Source: Acidimicrobiales bacterium (GTDB lineage Bacteria; Actinomycetota; Acidimicrobiia; Acidimicrobiales; JAJPHD01). From it: 64,000 bases of DNA. Below are positions 9,394-17,420 of this stretch, one piece after another (position 1 is the stretch's first letter; every line of letters starts with the position of its first letter). The DNA lies in NCBI GenBank assembly GCA_050744225.1, contig JBOGGT010000134.1, forward strand, positions 4,401 to 68,400, read 5' to 3'. The translations under genes and the position numbers were made by a program. The notes beneath the pieces are model-generated. The model was not told the DNA's origin and did no database searches. It worked only from the letters and a program-made list of their open reading frames with translations.

Positions 9394-10407
9394 TTAATGT
9401 GCCGCAGTGCGCCGGACCGAGCGGGCCACCCCCGCTCCCACCGCCCCCACCGCCAACCACACCAGCTCCCAGGCCAGCTCCCAGGCCCGCCAGGCAACCG
9501 CCAGCACCAGTGCGTCGCCCGCCCCGAAGCGTGACTCCAGGAGCACCACGAACATCGCCTCGCGCACCCCGATGCCCGCCGGGCTGATCGAGAGAACCCC
9601 GACGATTGAGGCGCCTTGCACCGCCCCGGCCAGGAGGAACGCATCGCCGGGGTGGACTGTGACCATCCCCGCGGCCATGAGCACGAAGGCCGCGGTCTTG
9701 GCCGCGGTGCTCACCCCGTAGAGGCCGGCCGAGCGGTACAGGGCGGCCGGCGAGCGCCCCATGCCGGCCAGGGCGGGCGCCCGGGCCATCAGCCGGGGCA
9801 CGACCCGGGGCGCCGCCGCCGACGCCAGCCGCATCCCCCAGGGCAGGGCGACCACCACCGCCGCCCCCGCCAGGCCAACCAGGACCCGGGCCGGCACCGG
9901 CAACAGCCTCGACGGGAGGAACACCCCGGTCACCACCGCCCCCCAGGCCAGTAGCACCCCCAGCTCGATCACGTTGCTGGTGGCCCCCAGCGACCTGGCC
10001 ACCCCGGCCCGCCCGGCCAGCACCTCCCGGGAGACCACCTGGAAGGCGCCGGTGGGCAGGTAGCGCCCGGCCTGAGCCCGCCACCACACCCTCACCGCCA
10101 CCGCCCGGCCGATCACCGCCCCCCAGGCGGCCAGCATCGAGCGCCACCCGAGCGCCAGGAGCAGCCCACTGGCGAGGCTGCACGGGACCGCCAGCACCAG
10201 CCAGCCGGCGTGCAGGGCGACGTGCACCCGCCCCAGCGCCCCGAAGTTGTCATAGGCCGCCCGGGCGAGCAGGCCCGCCACCGCCACCACCAGGACCAGC
10301 CCGGCCACCCGAGCCCAGCGCCCCCTCGCCCCTTTGATTAATCGTCCCCCCTGCCCCCGCGCACCCGCTCCCGCTCCCGCCGGTTCCACCCCGTCGGCGC
10401 CGCTCAC
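9394..10407 (-). CDS. flippase-like / lysylphosphatidylglycerol-synthase TM-region family membrane protein
   Basis: Polytopic protein of about 8 TM segments; the N-terminal pattern (GARGRWARVAGLVLVVAVAGLL...LGWRSMLAAWG) is typical of the UPF0104/LPG_synthase_TM family. The GTG start overlaps the upstream stop (GTGA). Confidence 0.65.
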   Translation of the reverse strand: MSGADGVEPAGAGAGARGQGGRLIKGARGRWARVAGLVLVVAVAGLLARAAYDNFGALGRVHVALHAGWLVLAVPCSLASGLLLALGWRSMLAAWGAVIGRAVAVRVWWRAQAGRYLPTGAFQVVSREVLAGRAGVARSLGATSNVIELGVLLAWGAVVTGVFLPSRLLPVPARVLVGLAGAAVVVALPWGMRLASAAAPRVVPRLMARAPALAGMGRSPAALYRSAGLYGVSTAAKTAAFVLMAAGMVTVHPGDAFLLAGAVQGASIVGVLSISPAGIGVREAMFVVLLESRFGAGDALVLAVAWRAWELAWELVWLAVGAVGAGVARSVRRTAAH

Positions 10408-10955
10408 GCCTCGAAACGGCCGAACCCGCCGCGGTAGAACACCAGGGGCCCGGCGTGTCGTGCGCCGGTGCCCAGCTCGATGGCCTCACCGACGACCAGC
10501 AGGTGGTCGCCAGCTGGGTGAGTGTGGAGGAGGCGGCATTCGGCCCAGGCCAGCACATCGGCGAGGATCGGGGTGCCCGTCACCCCGGCCGTCCAGCCGA
10601 CGCCAGCGAAACGGTCCGCCCCGGTGGTGGCGAACACCCTGGCCAGGCGCTCCTGGTCGGCGTTCAGCACGTTGACGCAGAAGGTGTTGGCGGCGCTGAT
10701 GTGCGCCCAGGTGGCCGAGCTGCGCGAGGGGGCAAAGGCCACCAGCGCCGGGGTCAGGGAGAGGGCGGCGAAGGCCTGGCAGGTAAACCCCCGGGGCCCT
10801 TCGGGGGTGGCGGTGGTGATCACCGTCACCCCGCTGGCGAAGTGGCCGAGCACCTCGCGGAAGCGGGCCTCATCGGTGGGTTCCCGGTCTGCGGGCTCGT
10901 CGGGCTCGCCCTGCTCGCCCTGCTCGTCGGGCAAGCCGATGTCGAAAGCGCCCAC
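10404..10955 (-). CDS. flavin reductase family protein (FMN-binding split barrel)
   Basis: FREVLGHFASGVTVITT...GFTCQAFAALSLTPALVAF...FCVNVLNADQERLARVFA. Confidence 0.85.
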   Translation of the reverse strand: MGAFDIGLPDEQGEQGEPDEPADREPTDEARFREVLGHFASGVTVITTATPEGPRGFTCQAFAALSLTPALVAFAPSRSSATWAHISAANTFCVNVLNADQERLARVFATTGADRFAGVGWTAGVTGTPILADVLAWAECRLLHTHPAGDHLLVVGEAIELGTGARHAGPLVFYRGGFGRFEA

Positions 10956-10957
10956 GG

Positions 10958-13222
10958 TCAGCCAGTCAACCCGTTCGGCGCCTGCGGGCCTGCGCCTGAC
11001 GAACTCTGGTAGATATGGTACGAATACGTACCGTATCTACCAGAGTTCGTCGGTGACGCCACCTTGACCTCGCTGAAAGTGACCCTCACGCCCGAGTTCG
11101 ACGGTCCCAGGCCCCCTCCGGTCAGTCGCAGCCTGGTGATATCGGCCGGGACGTAGGCGCCGGTGCTCCCCAAGGTGGTGGGCGGAACCACCAGGTGCTC
11201 CTCCCCGGCCGTGGCCACGGTGAACCGGTAGGTCAGGCGCTTCTGACCGGCCATCACCTGGACGCCCGTCACCGGGGGGCGCAGGACCAACCCCGCGATG
11301 CGCCCGCCGAGCGAGCGGGGCAGCGGCGCCCAGCTGGCCAGGATGGCGTAGCCCGCGGGCGGGGTCGGGACGCTCACCCACTGGTCCCAACCGGTACCGA
11401 CGCTGCGGACGACCCTGGGTGCGCCACAGCGGGGGGCAACCAGGGACAGCACCTGCCAGGCGGGGGTGGCGTTGGCCTGCGCGTAGTGGCACATCATCGC
11501 CACCCGGGTGGCCGGGGGCTCGAATGCAGGGTACTTGTCGTCCAGGGCCAGCTCCGGCTGGACCAGGATCCGCCTCGGTGCCTTCGCCGAGGCGAGGTAC
11601 TTTGCGTCGGCGCGGTCCAGAGCGGGGGTGTAAGCCTGGTAGTTCTGGAACACGGGCGGCGGGTCGTACCGGATCTGCGGGTACGCCCAGGCCACCGCCT
11701 CCTCCCACGGGTAGACCCAGGTGGTCTGCCCGTCCACCAGACTGAGCGTGGTGGGGTCCAGGTTGTAGGCCGCCTGCATCGCGGTCCGGGCGGTTTTGAT
11801 CGTCGCCGCAGTCCTGGAGCCCGAAGACACCACCGCCACCTGGTGGGCGAGGGCCTGGACCCCGCTAACCGGGCTCAGGTTGGTCCGCGGCAACCACCCT
11901 GCGGTAGCGAAGCCCGCCAGCGCCAGCACCGCCAGCCCGCCGGCCAGGGCGGCCTTCCGCCGGGAGCCGATGGCCCGCAGCCCGGCCAGTGCCATGGCGG
12001 CCACGCCGAAGTAGATGAGGGAATGAAGGTTGTGGCGGACGAAGCCCTCTTTGAAAGCGGCGGCGAGCACTGCGATGGCCAGCAAGCCAATGCCGAATTT
12101 TGCGGCCGTGGACTGCTGCCGGCGGATCTCCAGGGCTGCCACCCCCAGGACCACCAACGCCACGACGAGGGCGCGCCAGTAGCCCCCCGGCAGGGAGGTC
12201 AGCTCAAGGCCCATCCCTGCGGAGTAGCCCGCGGTGACCTGCACCGAGCTCGATACCCAGGCCGGCAGGTCGCCGAGCGGGTTGGCGGTGGCCAACCAGC
12301 CGATGACGGTTGTCAGGACGAACCCAGCCAGCACCACGCCCGCGTTGGCCAGCCGCCGCCGCGCCGAGCCGGGGCCGGTTCGGGCAGGGCCGGTTCGGGC
12401 GGGGCCGGTTCGGGCGGGGCCGGCGGGACGGAGCAGGGCGGCGATGAGGGCCAGCACCACGATCACCAGGCCGACGCTGAACTTGACCAGCAGCCCGATC
12501 CCGCCGAGGACGCCCAGAGCGCCGGCCAGCGCAGCGCTGGCCCGGTCGCCCAGCTCGGCACGAACCAGCGCCAGGCACCAGATGACCCCCAGCCCGATCA
12601 GCGGCTCGGGGGTGACGATCAGGAAGGCAGTGATCCCCGCGATCCACGCCAGGACCGCCGCCGCCGGCAGCGAGAACGACCGCCGCAGCGACCACACCAG
12701 GCTGGCCATCACCGCCACGCGCACCAGGGCCAGCCAGATGGTCGAGGCAACGACCGTCCCTGGGTACCAGGCCGCGCCGTAGGTCAGGAATCCCAACGGT
12801 CCGTAGGCGAACTGCAGCCGTGCCCCGAACGCCGCTCCGCCCGCAACCAGCCCGGCGGGAGCCGCCCCCCCGCCTGCACCGGCGAAGGCCCGGTGGGCGG
12901 CCATGGCGAGCGTTGCCTGCCAGGACTGGTCTATCCCCCCCTGTGGAAACAAGCTTGCGGTCGGCCAGGTGATCACCGCCAGCAGGACCCCGAACCCCAC
13001 CGCTGCCAGGATCGGGTGATCGTCGGTCCAGCCGACCAATCGTGTCGCAGCGGTCCCACCGCGCTGCGCTGCCTGCGAGATTGCTCGCCGGGAGAAGGCC
13101 ACGCTGGTCATGTCGTGGCGCAGGCTAGGCCATCGGGGCTCCGGCGGGGGCGCAACCGGCCCGAACGGCGCCCGCCGGATCCAGCTGTTGCAGTTGTCCA
13201 CATTTTCGGTGGAAAACCGCAA
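10958..13222 (-). CDS. large polytopic membrane protein with C-terminal extracytoplasmic domain (GT-C-like?), function unknown
   Basis: 754-aa ORF with more than 10 TM helices, a GPART x3 repeat, and a soluble C-terminal half. The called TTG start lies inside a 45-nt palindromic element, so the true start is probably downstream. The last ~30 codons are encoded by a palindromic element. Confidence 0.6.
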   Translation of the reverse strand: MRFSTENVDNCNSWIRRAPFGPVAPPPEPRWPSLRHDMTSVAFSRRAISQAAQRGGTAATRLVGWTDDHPILAAVGFGVLLAVITWPTASLFPQGGIDQSWQATLAMAAHRAFAGAGGGAAPAGLVAGGAAFGARLQFAYGPLGFLTYGAAWYPGTVVASTIWLALVRVAVMASLVWSLRRSFSLPAAAVLAWIAGITAFLIVTPEPLIGLGVIWCLALVRAELGDRASAALAGALGVLGGIGLLVKFSVGLVIVVLALIAALLRPAGPARTGPARTGPARTGPGSARRRLANAGVVLAGFVLTTVIGWLATANPLGDLPAWVSSSVQVTAGYSAGMGLELTSLPGGYWRALVVALVVLGVAALEIRRQQSTAAKFGIGLLAIAVLAAAFKEGFVRHNLHSLIYFGVAAMALAGLRAIGSRRKAALAGGLAVLALAGFATAGWLPRTNLSPVSGVQALAHQVAVVSSGSRTAATIKTARTAMQAAYNLDPTTLSLVDGQTTWVYPWEEAVAWAYPQIRYDPPPVFQNYQAYTPALDRADAKYLASAKAPRRILVQPELALDDKYPAFEPPATRVAMMCHYAQANATPAWQVLSLVAPRCGAPRVVRSVGTGWDQWVSVPTPPAGYAILASWAPLPRSLGGRIAGLVLRPPVTGVQVMAGQKRLTYRFTVATAGEEHLVVPPTTLGSTGAYVPADITRLRLTGGGLGPSNSGVRVTFSEVKVASPTNSGRYGTYSYHIYQSSSGAGPQAPNGLTG
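10998..11051. repeat. 25-bp-arm palindromic element, GAACTCTGGTAG family
   Basis: GACGAACTCTGGTAGATATGGTACG-aata-CGTACCGTATCTACCAGAGTTCGTC (one mismatch). Its outer arms are shared with the element at 25439-25485. Confidence 0.8.
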
Positions 13223-13227
13223 CAGCT
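13183..13227. repeat. 45-nt conserved palindromic element, copy 1
   Basis: AGCTGTTGCAGTTGTCCACATTTTCGGTGGAAAACCGCAACAGCT; 42/45 identical to 59001-59045. Confidence 0.85.
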
Positions 13228-13229
13228 AG

Positions 13230-14219
13230 ATGACGACAGACACCCCTGGCCGATTGTCGGTGGCACCCCTGGCAGAATGGAGGGGTGACAGTTACCACGG
13301 GCGCGCAGATCGACGACCAGACTCAGGGAAAGGCCGGCTCGGAGCCAGACGAGGCTTACGAAGGGGATGTGCCGTTCGCCCTCCGGGTGGTACCCGCCGG
13401 GCTGGTGAGCTAGTGGCCCCCGCCGCCAGCCTCCCCGAACCGACGCCCCTGGCTGCCAGCCTGCCCGAAGCGATGCCGCCCGGCGAAGCGATGCCGCCCG
13501 GCGAAGCGATGCCGCCCGGCGAAGCGATGCCGCCCGGCGAAGGCGCACCCTCCGAGGAAGGGCCGCCCAAGCTGGGCCACGACGCCCTGTTCGCCGCACA
13601 GGCCGAGACGAACCAGAGCCCCCGGCTCCGCTACGGGGTCCCCGCCAGGGTGCTGTTCGGGCTGTTGGACCTGGCCTACGGCCGGCGCCGCACGCTGTCC
13701 AAGTTCAAGGTGCTGGAGCTGGTGGCGAGGGTCCCCTACCAGTCCTGGGAGCAGGTGGCCTACATCGCCATGACCCACATGAGCGGGCGAACCGACCTCG
13801 CCCGGCGGATCCACCACCGGGTGCTGGAGTCGCGGGCGCAGCAGGACAACGAGGCGTGGCACCTGCTCGTGCTGGAAGAGCTGACCGCCCAGGCGGAGGT
13901 CCGGGAGGACTGGCTCCGGTTCGACGTGTTCCCCCAGATGCTGGCCTTCGCCTACTACCAGCTGTCGTTCCTGCTCTACGTGATCCGTCCCGGCTGGAGC
14001 TACAAGCTCAACGCGGACTTCGAGGACCACGCCGAGCACGAGTACATGGCCTTTGTGGCCGAGCACCCCGAGTGGGAGGTCGAGCCCTTCGAGTCGTCCT
14101 TCGGGGACGACTACGGCAGGTTTGGGTCCCTGGCCGACCTGTTCCGCCAGATCGGCCACGACGAGCGGGTCCACAAGCAAGAAAGCCTTACCCGGCGAAC
14201 CGAAGCCCGCTTCCGGTGA
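13230..14219 (+). CDS. alternative oxidase / PTOX-family di-iron carboxylate protein
   Basis: The four iron-ligand motifs appear in order: LELVARVP, DNEAWHLL (ExxH), FEDHAEHEY, GHDERVH (ExxH). The start is uncertain: the N-terminus contains four in-frame GEAMPP repeats, each with an ATG. Confidence 0.75.
   Translation: MTTDTPGRLSVAPLAEWRGDSYHGRADRRPDSGKGRLGARRGLRRGCAVRPPGGTRRAGELVAPAASLPEPTPLAASLPEAMPPGEAMPPGEAMPPGEAMPPGEGAPSEEGPPKLGHDALFAAQAETNQSPRLRYGVPARVLFGLLDLAYGRRRTLSKFKVLELVARVPYQSWEQVAYIAMTHMSGRTDLARRIHHRVLESRAQQDNEAWHLLVLEELTAQAEVREDWLRFDVFPQMLAFAYYQLSFLLYVIRPGWSYKLNADFEDHAEHEYMAFVAEHPEWEVEPFESSFGDDYGRFGSLADLFRQIGHDERVHKQESLTRRTEARFR
13467..13538 (+). repeat. 18-bp x4 tandem repeat (GAAGCGATGCCGCCCGGC)
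   Basis: Direct reading; encodes EAMPPG x4 at the 5' end of the AOX-family ORF. Confidence 0.9.
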
Positions 14220-14577
14220 CCGCCGGCGGTGCTTCCATCGGCGCCGCCCCGAACCCGTGCTCGGACCGCCGACGGTGCTCCCACCGGCGCCAAAAAGAAT
14301 GGACGCCGGGCCTAGGCGTGCTATAAGTTGCTCTGCTGGCGGGGCGAAGGGCCATGGCGTGGATCACCAACAGGCGTGGGCAATGTCCTCGTCATCGACG
14401 CCGTGGCGGCGTGCCGAACGGTGGACCTCCAAGGGGACATAGACGTAGTACGAGAATCCACCCCTCGTCGCCCAGCGAGGTACCCCCAGGTCACGGCGGG
14501 GGAAATTGGCCTAAATAGCCGCCACGATCTGGGCGGTTCCCAGATGTGGCCGGCCTTCATACGGCGGCAGCTGGCGC

Positions 14578-14628
14578 GCAACGAGGCCCCGGCCCCCGCT
14601 GGATGCGGGAAACCGGGGCCTCGTTTGC
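14578..14628. terminator. hairpin between convergent AOX-family and S-layer-like genes
   Basis: GCAACGAGGCCCCGG-20 nt-CCGGGGCCTCGTTTGC, 21 nt past the stop of the minus-strand gene at 14649. Confidence 0.5.
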
Positions 14629-14648
14629 GTTACTGGGCGGGGGCGGAC

Positions 14649-17258
14649 CTAGCTGGCGGCGCCCTCCGGGTTGGAAGTGGTGTCCGGCGTACCGGTCCCC
14701 TTCACCGCTCCCTGGTCGGCGGTGCCAAGGGTGGCAGAGGCGATCTGGGCCTGGGTGGCAGCCCCGGCGGAAGTGGTGTAGTCGGTGCAGGCGACCTCAG
14801 TGGGCGTGCCTGACACCACGGTGGCGCTGCCGGCCTTGCAGGTGAGCTGGGTGCCATATTTGTTGTCGTAGAGGTCCAGGCCGGTCGCGGCGGTCAGGGA
14901 CACCGGCTCGGAGAAGGTGTACAGGCCCTCCTTGAGCGAGGTCCCGGCCCCGTTGGTGTAGGGCTTGAGCGCCGCCGCCTTGAGCTGCGGACCAGCGACC
15001 ACCCCGGAGGTGGTCGACGAGCTGGTGGAGTTGGTCACCCCGAGCTCGTTGAACGCGTTCAGCGCGGAGTTGTTGGTGGACTTCACCGCACCCTGGGCCA
15101 CCGAGGCACCCACGATCTGATTGAAGTTCGGATCGGTGTCCTCGAAGACCAGCGTGGTGGAGGTGCTCAGGGTGGCGTCCTCGGTCAGGGCCAACGTGGT
15201 CCCGTCGGACTTGATGCCCAGGAAGCCAGTCCCGATGGCCACGCTCACCGGGCCGTTGAAGGTGTAGGTGATCGAGTCCATGTTGGCACCCGAGCCCACC
15301 TTCAGGTTGAGCGCAACCGCGCTCACGTCGGGCTGGGTGTTGGCGTTCACCGTGGTGTTGGGCGAGCTGGTGGCCTCTGCCGGGTTGGGGTTCGCGCCAG
15401 CCGCATCGGTGGTCACCGTGCTGACGAGGTCGATCGCCCTGGCGATCTGGGCGGTGGTGATCGCCGTAGTCGGCGTGGCGGTGTCATCCGCGCACACCAG
15501 GGTGAAGGTAGTGGTGCCGTCCCCGCCCACGACGGTGCCCCCACTGGCGGTCCCACCGCCGGAGACCGGGCTGGTTGGAGCGCTGCAGGTCGACCCGAAA
15601 CCGTCAGTTAGGACCAAACCGAAATGGCCTGTCCCGGCGCCAGCTGCGGTGTAGGCGGCCTTGTTGAAGGTCACGTTCACCGCGGTCATCCCGGTGGTGT
15701 TGGCCGCGCCGTTGGCGGCGGCGGACACCAGGTCAGGAGCCAGGGTCACACCGGAGGTGAGGCCCGTGGTGGCCGAGGTGCCGATGGGCTCGGAGCCAGC
15801 GGGGTTGGAGCCGGAGGCAGAGGAGACAACCGCTGGGCCGGCGGTGCTGCCCGCGCCGCTGACCGTGGCCAGGGTCAAAGTAGCCGCCCCGGCGGTGGTC
15901 TGCAGGGCAGCGTCGGTGTAGAGCACGTCCACCGCGTCGGCGTTCGTGGTGTCCGCCTTGGCGGTGCCGTCGCTGTACTCGGTCACGGCTGCGTCAGCGG
16001 CGTAGACGTGGAAGCCGCCGCTGTTGATGGTGGCACCGGTCACGGACTTGCTGAACACGTACTGCACCGTGGTGCCGGGGGTGGCGCCGGTGTTGTTGCC
16101 TACCAGGGCGGTGCCGGTGATGCTGGCGGAGACCAGGGTGGGCAGCGAGGTGGGAACGGCCGGAGCGGACTTGGCGGCCACCTCGATGGCGCTGAGGACT
16201 GAGGAGCTGACCGCGGCGGAGCCACCGAAGAGATTGGCACTGGCCTCGGTGGCCGAGTTGGCCATGGCGAAGGCGGGCACCGAGCCGGCGTCGGTGATCC
16301 CGTTGGTTATCAGGGTCGGGGCCTTCTCGGCGCCGCCCAGGGGACCGCCGGAGAGGGCGTCCACCAGGTGGCCCTGGTCACCGCTGGCGATGTTGAAGCT
16401 GGTCTTGGTGAAGCCGTCGTTGGCGATCTCGTAGTTGGCGAGGGCCTCAGAGGTGGCCGAGCGGTCAGGGCCGGCCACTTGGTGAACGTTGGCAGCGGTG
16501 ATGCCAGCACCCGCGAGCTGGGTGGCGACCTGCGGGCCGACTGCGGCGCTCCCACCGACGATCACCACGTTGGTGATCCCGTCGGTGTGCATGATCGCCA
16601 GGTCCATGCTGGACAGGGTGCCCGCGGCGCCGTTGATCAGGAACAGCGGGTACGGCCCGGCGTCGGCCAGCGGCGAAGCACCCAGGGCGTCGACCAGGTT
16701 CTGGTCCACCCCGTCCGCCACGATGGCGGTCTTGTTGGCGCCGACCTTGGTGGACGCGCCGTCGATCGCATCAGCGGTGAGGAAGCGGTTGGCTCCGGCC
16801 TCGCGGACCACGTTGACTGCGCCGTTGTTGGAGAAGGTGGTGGACTCGGCCGCACTGACTGCACCGGTCCCGCCCACTATGACGACGTTCTTGGGGGCGA
16901 GGGCGGCCAGCTCGGCGGTGGTCTCCGGCGGCACGCCGGTGGCCTCGGTCAGCAGGATCGGGGCGTCGAGCACCCCTGCCAGGTAGCTGGCGGCGAGGGA
17001 GTCGGGCAGGTTGGTGCCCAGCCCGCTGGCGATGATCACCGTCGAGGTGGAACCCAACCCGCTGGGGAACGCGGCTTTGGCCACCGCGACGGCGGTGGCG
17101 AAGCGGTTCGCCCCGGCGAGGGCGGTGACGGTGAAGTTGGAGGTGGCCCCAGCGGCGCCAGCGGTACTGAGAAGGCCTGCGAGCCCCATACCGCCGGCCG
17201 TGAGCGTGGAGACCCCGCCGACCAGCAGTCGGCGGAACCAGAGCGGAGTTTTGCTCAT
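14649..17258 (-). CDS. S-layer-like secreted protein: signal peptide + 3 x CWB2 (cell wall binding repeat 2) + long Thr/Ala/Gly-rich beta-rich region
   Basis: ATG at 17258 lies 7 nt after AGGAG. The signal peptide is MSKTPLWFRRLLVGG...AGA. Three repeats follow the pattern GANRFATAVAVAKAAF...VIIASG...PDSLAAS.LAG...PILLT...VVIVGG..AVS. About 480 aa of low-complexity T/A/G/S/V sequence follows, with paired Cys. Confidence 0.8.
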   Translation of the reverse strand: MSKTPLWFRRLLVGGVSTLTAGGMGLAGLLSTAGAAGATSNFTVTALAGANRFATAVAVAKAAFPSGLGSTSTVIIASGLGTNLPDSLAASYLAGVLDAPILLTEATGVPPETTAELAALAPKNVVIVGGTGAVSAAESTTFSNNGAVNVVREAGANRFLTADAIDGASTKVGANKTAIVADGVDQNLVDALGASPLADAGPYPLFLINGAAGTLSSMDLAIMHTDGITNVVIVGGSAAVGPQVATQLAGAGITAANVHQVAGPDRSATSEALANYEIANDGFTKTSFNIASGDQGHLVDALSGGPLGGAEKAPTLITNGITDAGSVPAFAMANSATEASANLFGGSAAVSSSVLSAIEVAAKSAPAVPTSLPTLVSASITGTALVGNNTGATPGTTVQYVFSKSVTGATINSGGFHVYAADAAVTEYSDGTAKADTTNADAVDVLYTDAALQTTAGAATLTLATVSGAGSTAGPAVVSSASGSNPAGSEPIGTSATTGLTSGVTLAPDLVSAAANGAANTTGMTAVNVTFNKAAYTAAGAGTGHFGLVLTDGFGSTCSAPTSPVSGGGTASGGTVVGGDGTTTFTLVCADDTATPTTAITTAQIARAIDLVSTVTTDAAGANPNPAEATSSPNTTVNANTQPDVSAVALNLKVGSGANMDSITYTFNGPVSVAIGTGFLGIKSDGTTLALTEDATLSTSTTLVFEDTDPNFNQIVGASVAQGAVKSTNNSALNAFNELGVTNSTSSSTTSGVVAGPQLKAAALKPYTNGAGTSLKEGLYTFSEPVSLTAATGLDLYDNKYGTQLTCKAGSATVVSGTPTEVACTDYTTSAGAATQAQIASATLGTADQGAVKGTGTPDTTSNPEGAAS

Positions 17259-17420
17259 TTTATATCTCCTGTAGTTTGGTGGATCGGTGGCTGTCAAGTG
17301 CTCGTCCTGCTGTTTCCCCCCGCCACTACAGACAGACTCAGGCTGCGGATGTCACGAACTGGCGAGGATGTGCCTGAAATGTCCTGTTTTTAGACACGCT
17401 TCAGCTGGACGCTAGCACAC

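Noticed and set aside
10998-11051. CGAAC...GTTCG ends of the palindromes as actinobacterial LexA/SOS boxes (TCGAAC-N4-GTTCGA).
   Set aside because: The half-sites are separated by about 40 nt rather than 4. No properly spaced SOS box was seen upstream of the UDG gene or the helicase operon.
17259-17420. Promoter call upstream of the S-layer-like gene (TTGACA about 37 nt before the ATG).
   Set aside because: A TTGACA hexamer exists on the minus strand, but the sequence 17 nt downstream (CTACAG/TACAGG) is not a convincing -10 box and would leave almost no 5' UTR ahead of the SD. This is not enough evidence to annotate.
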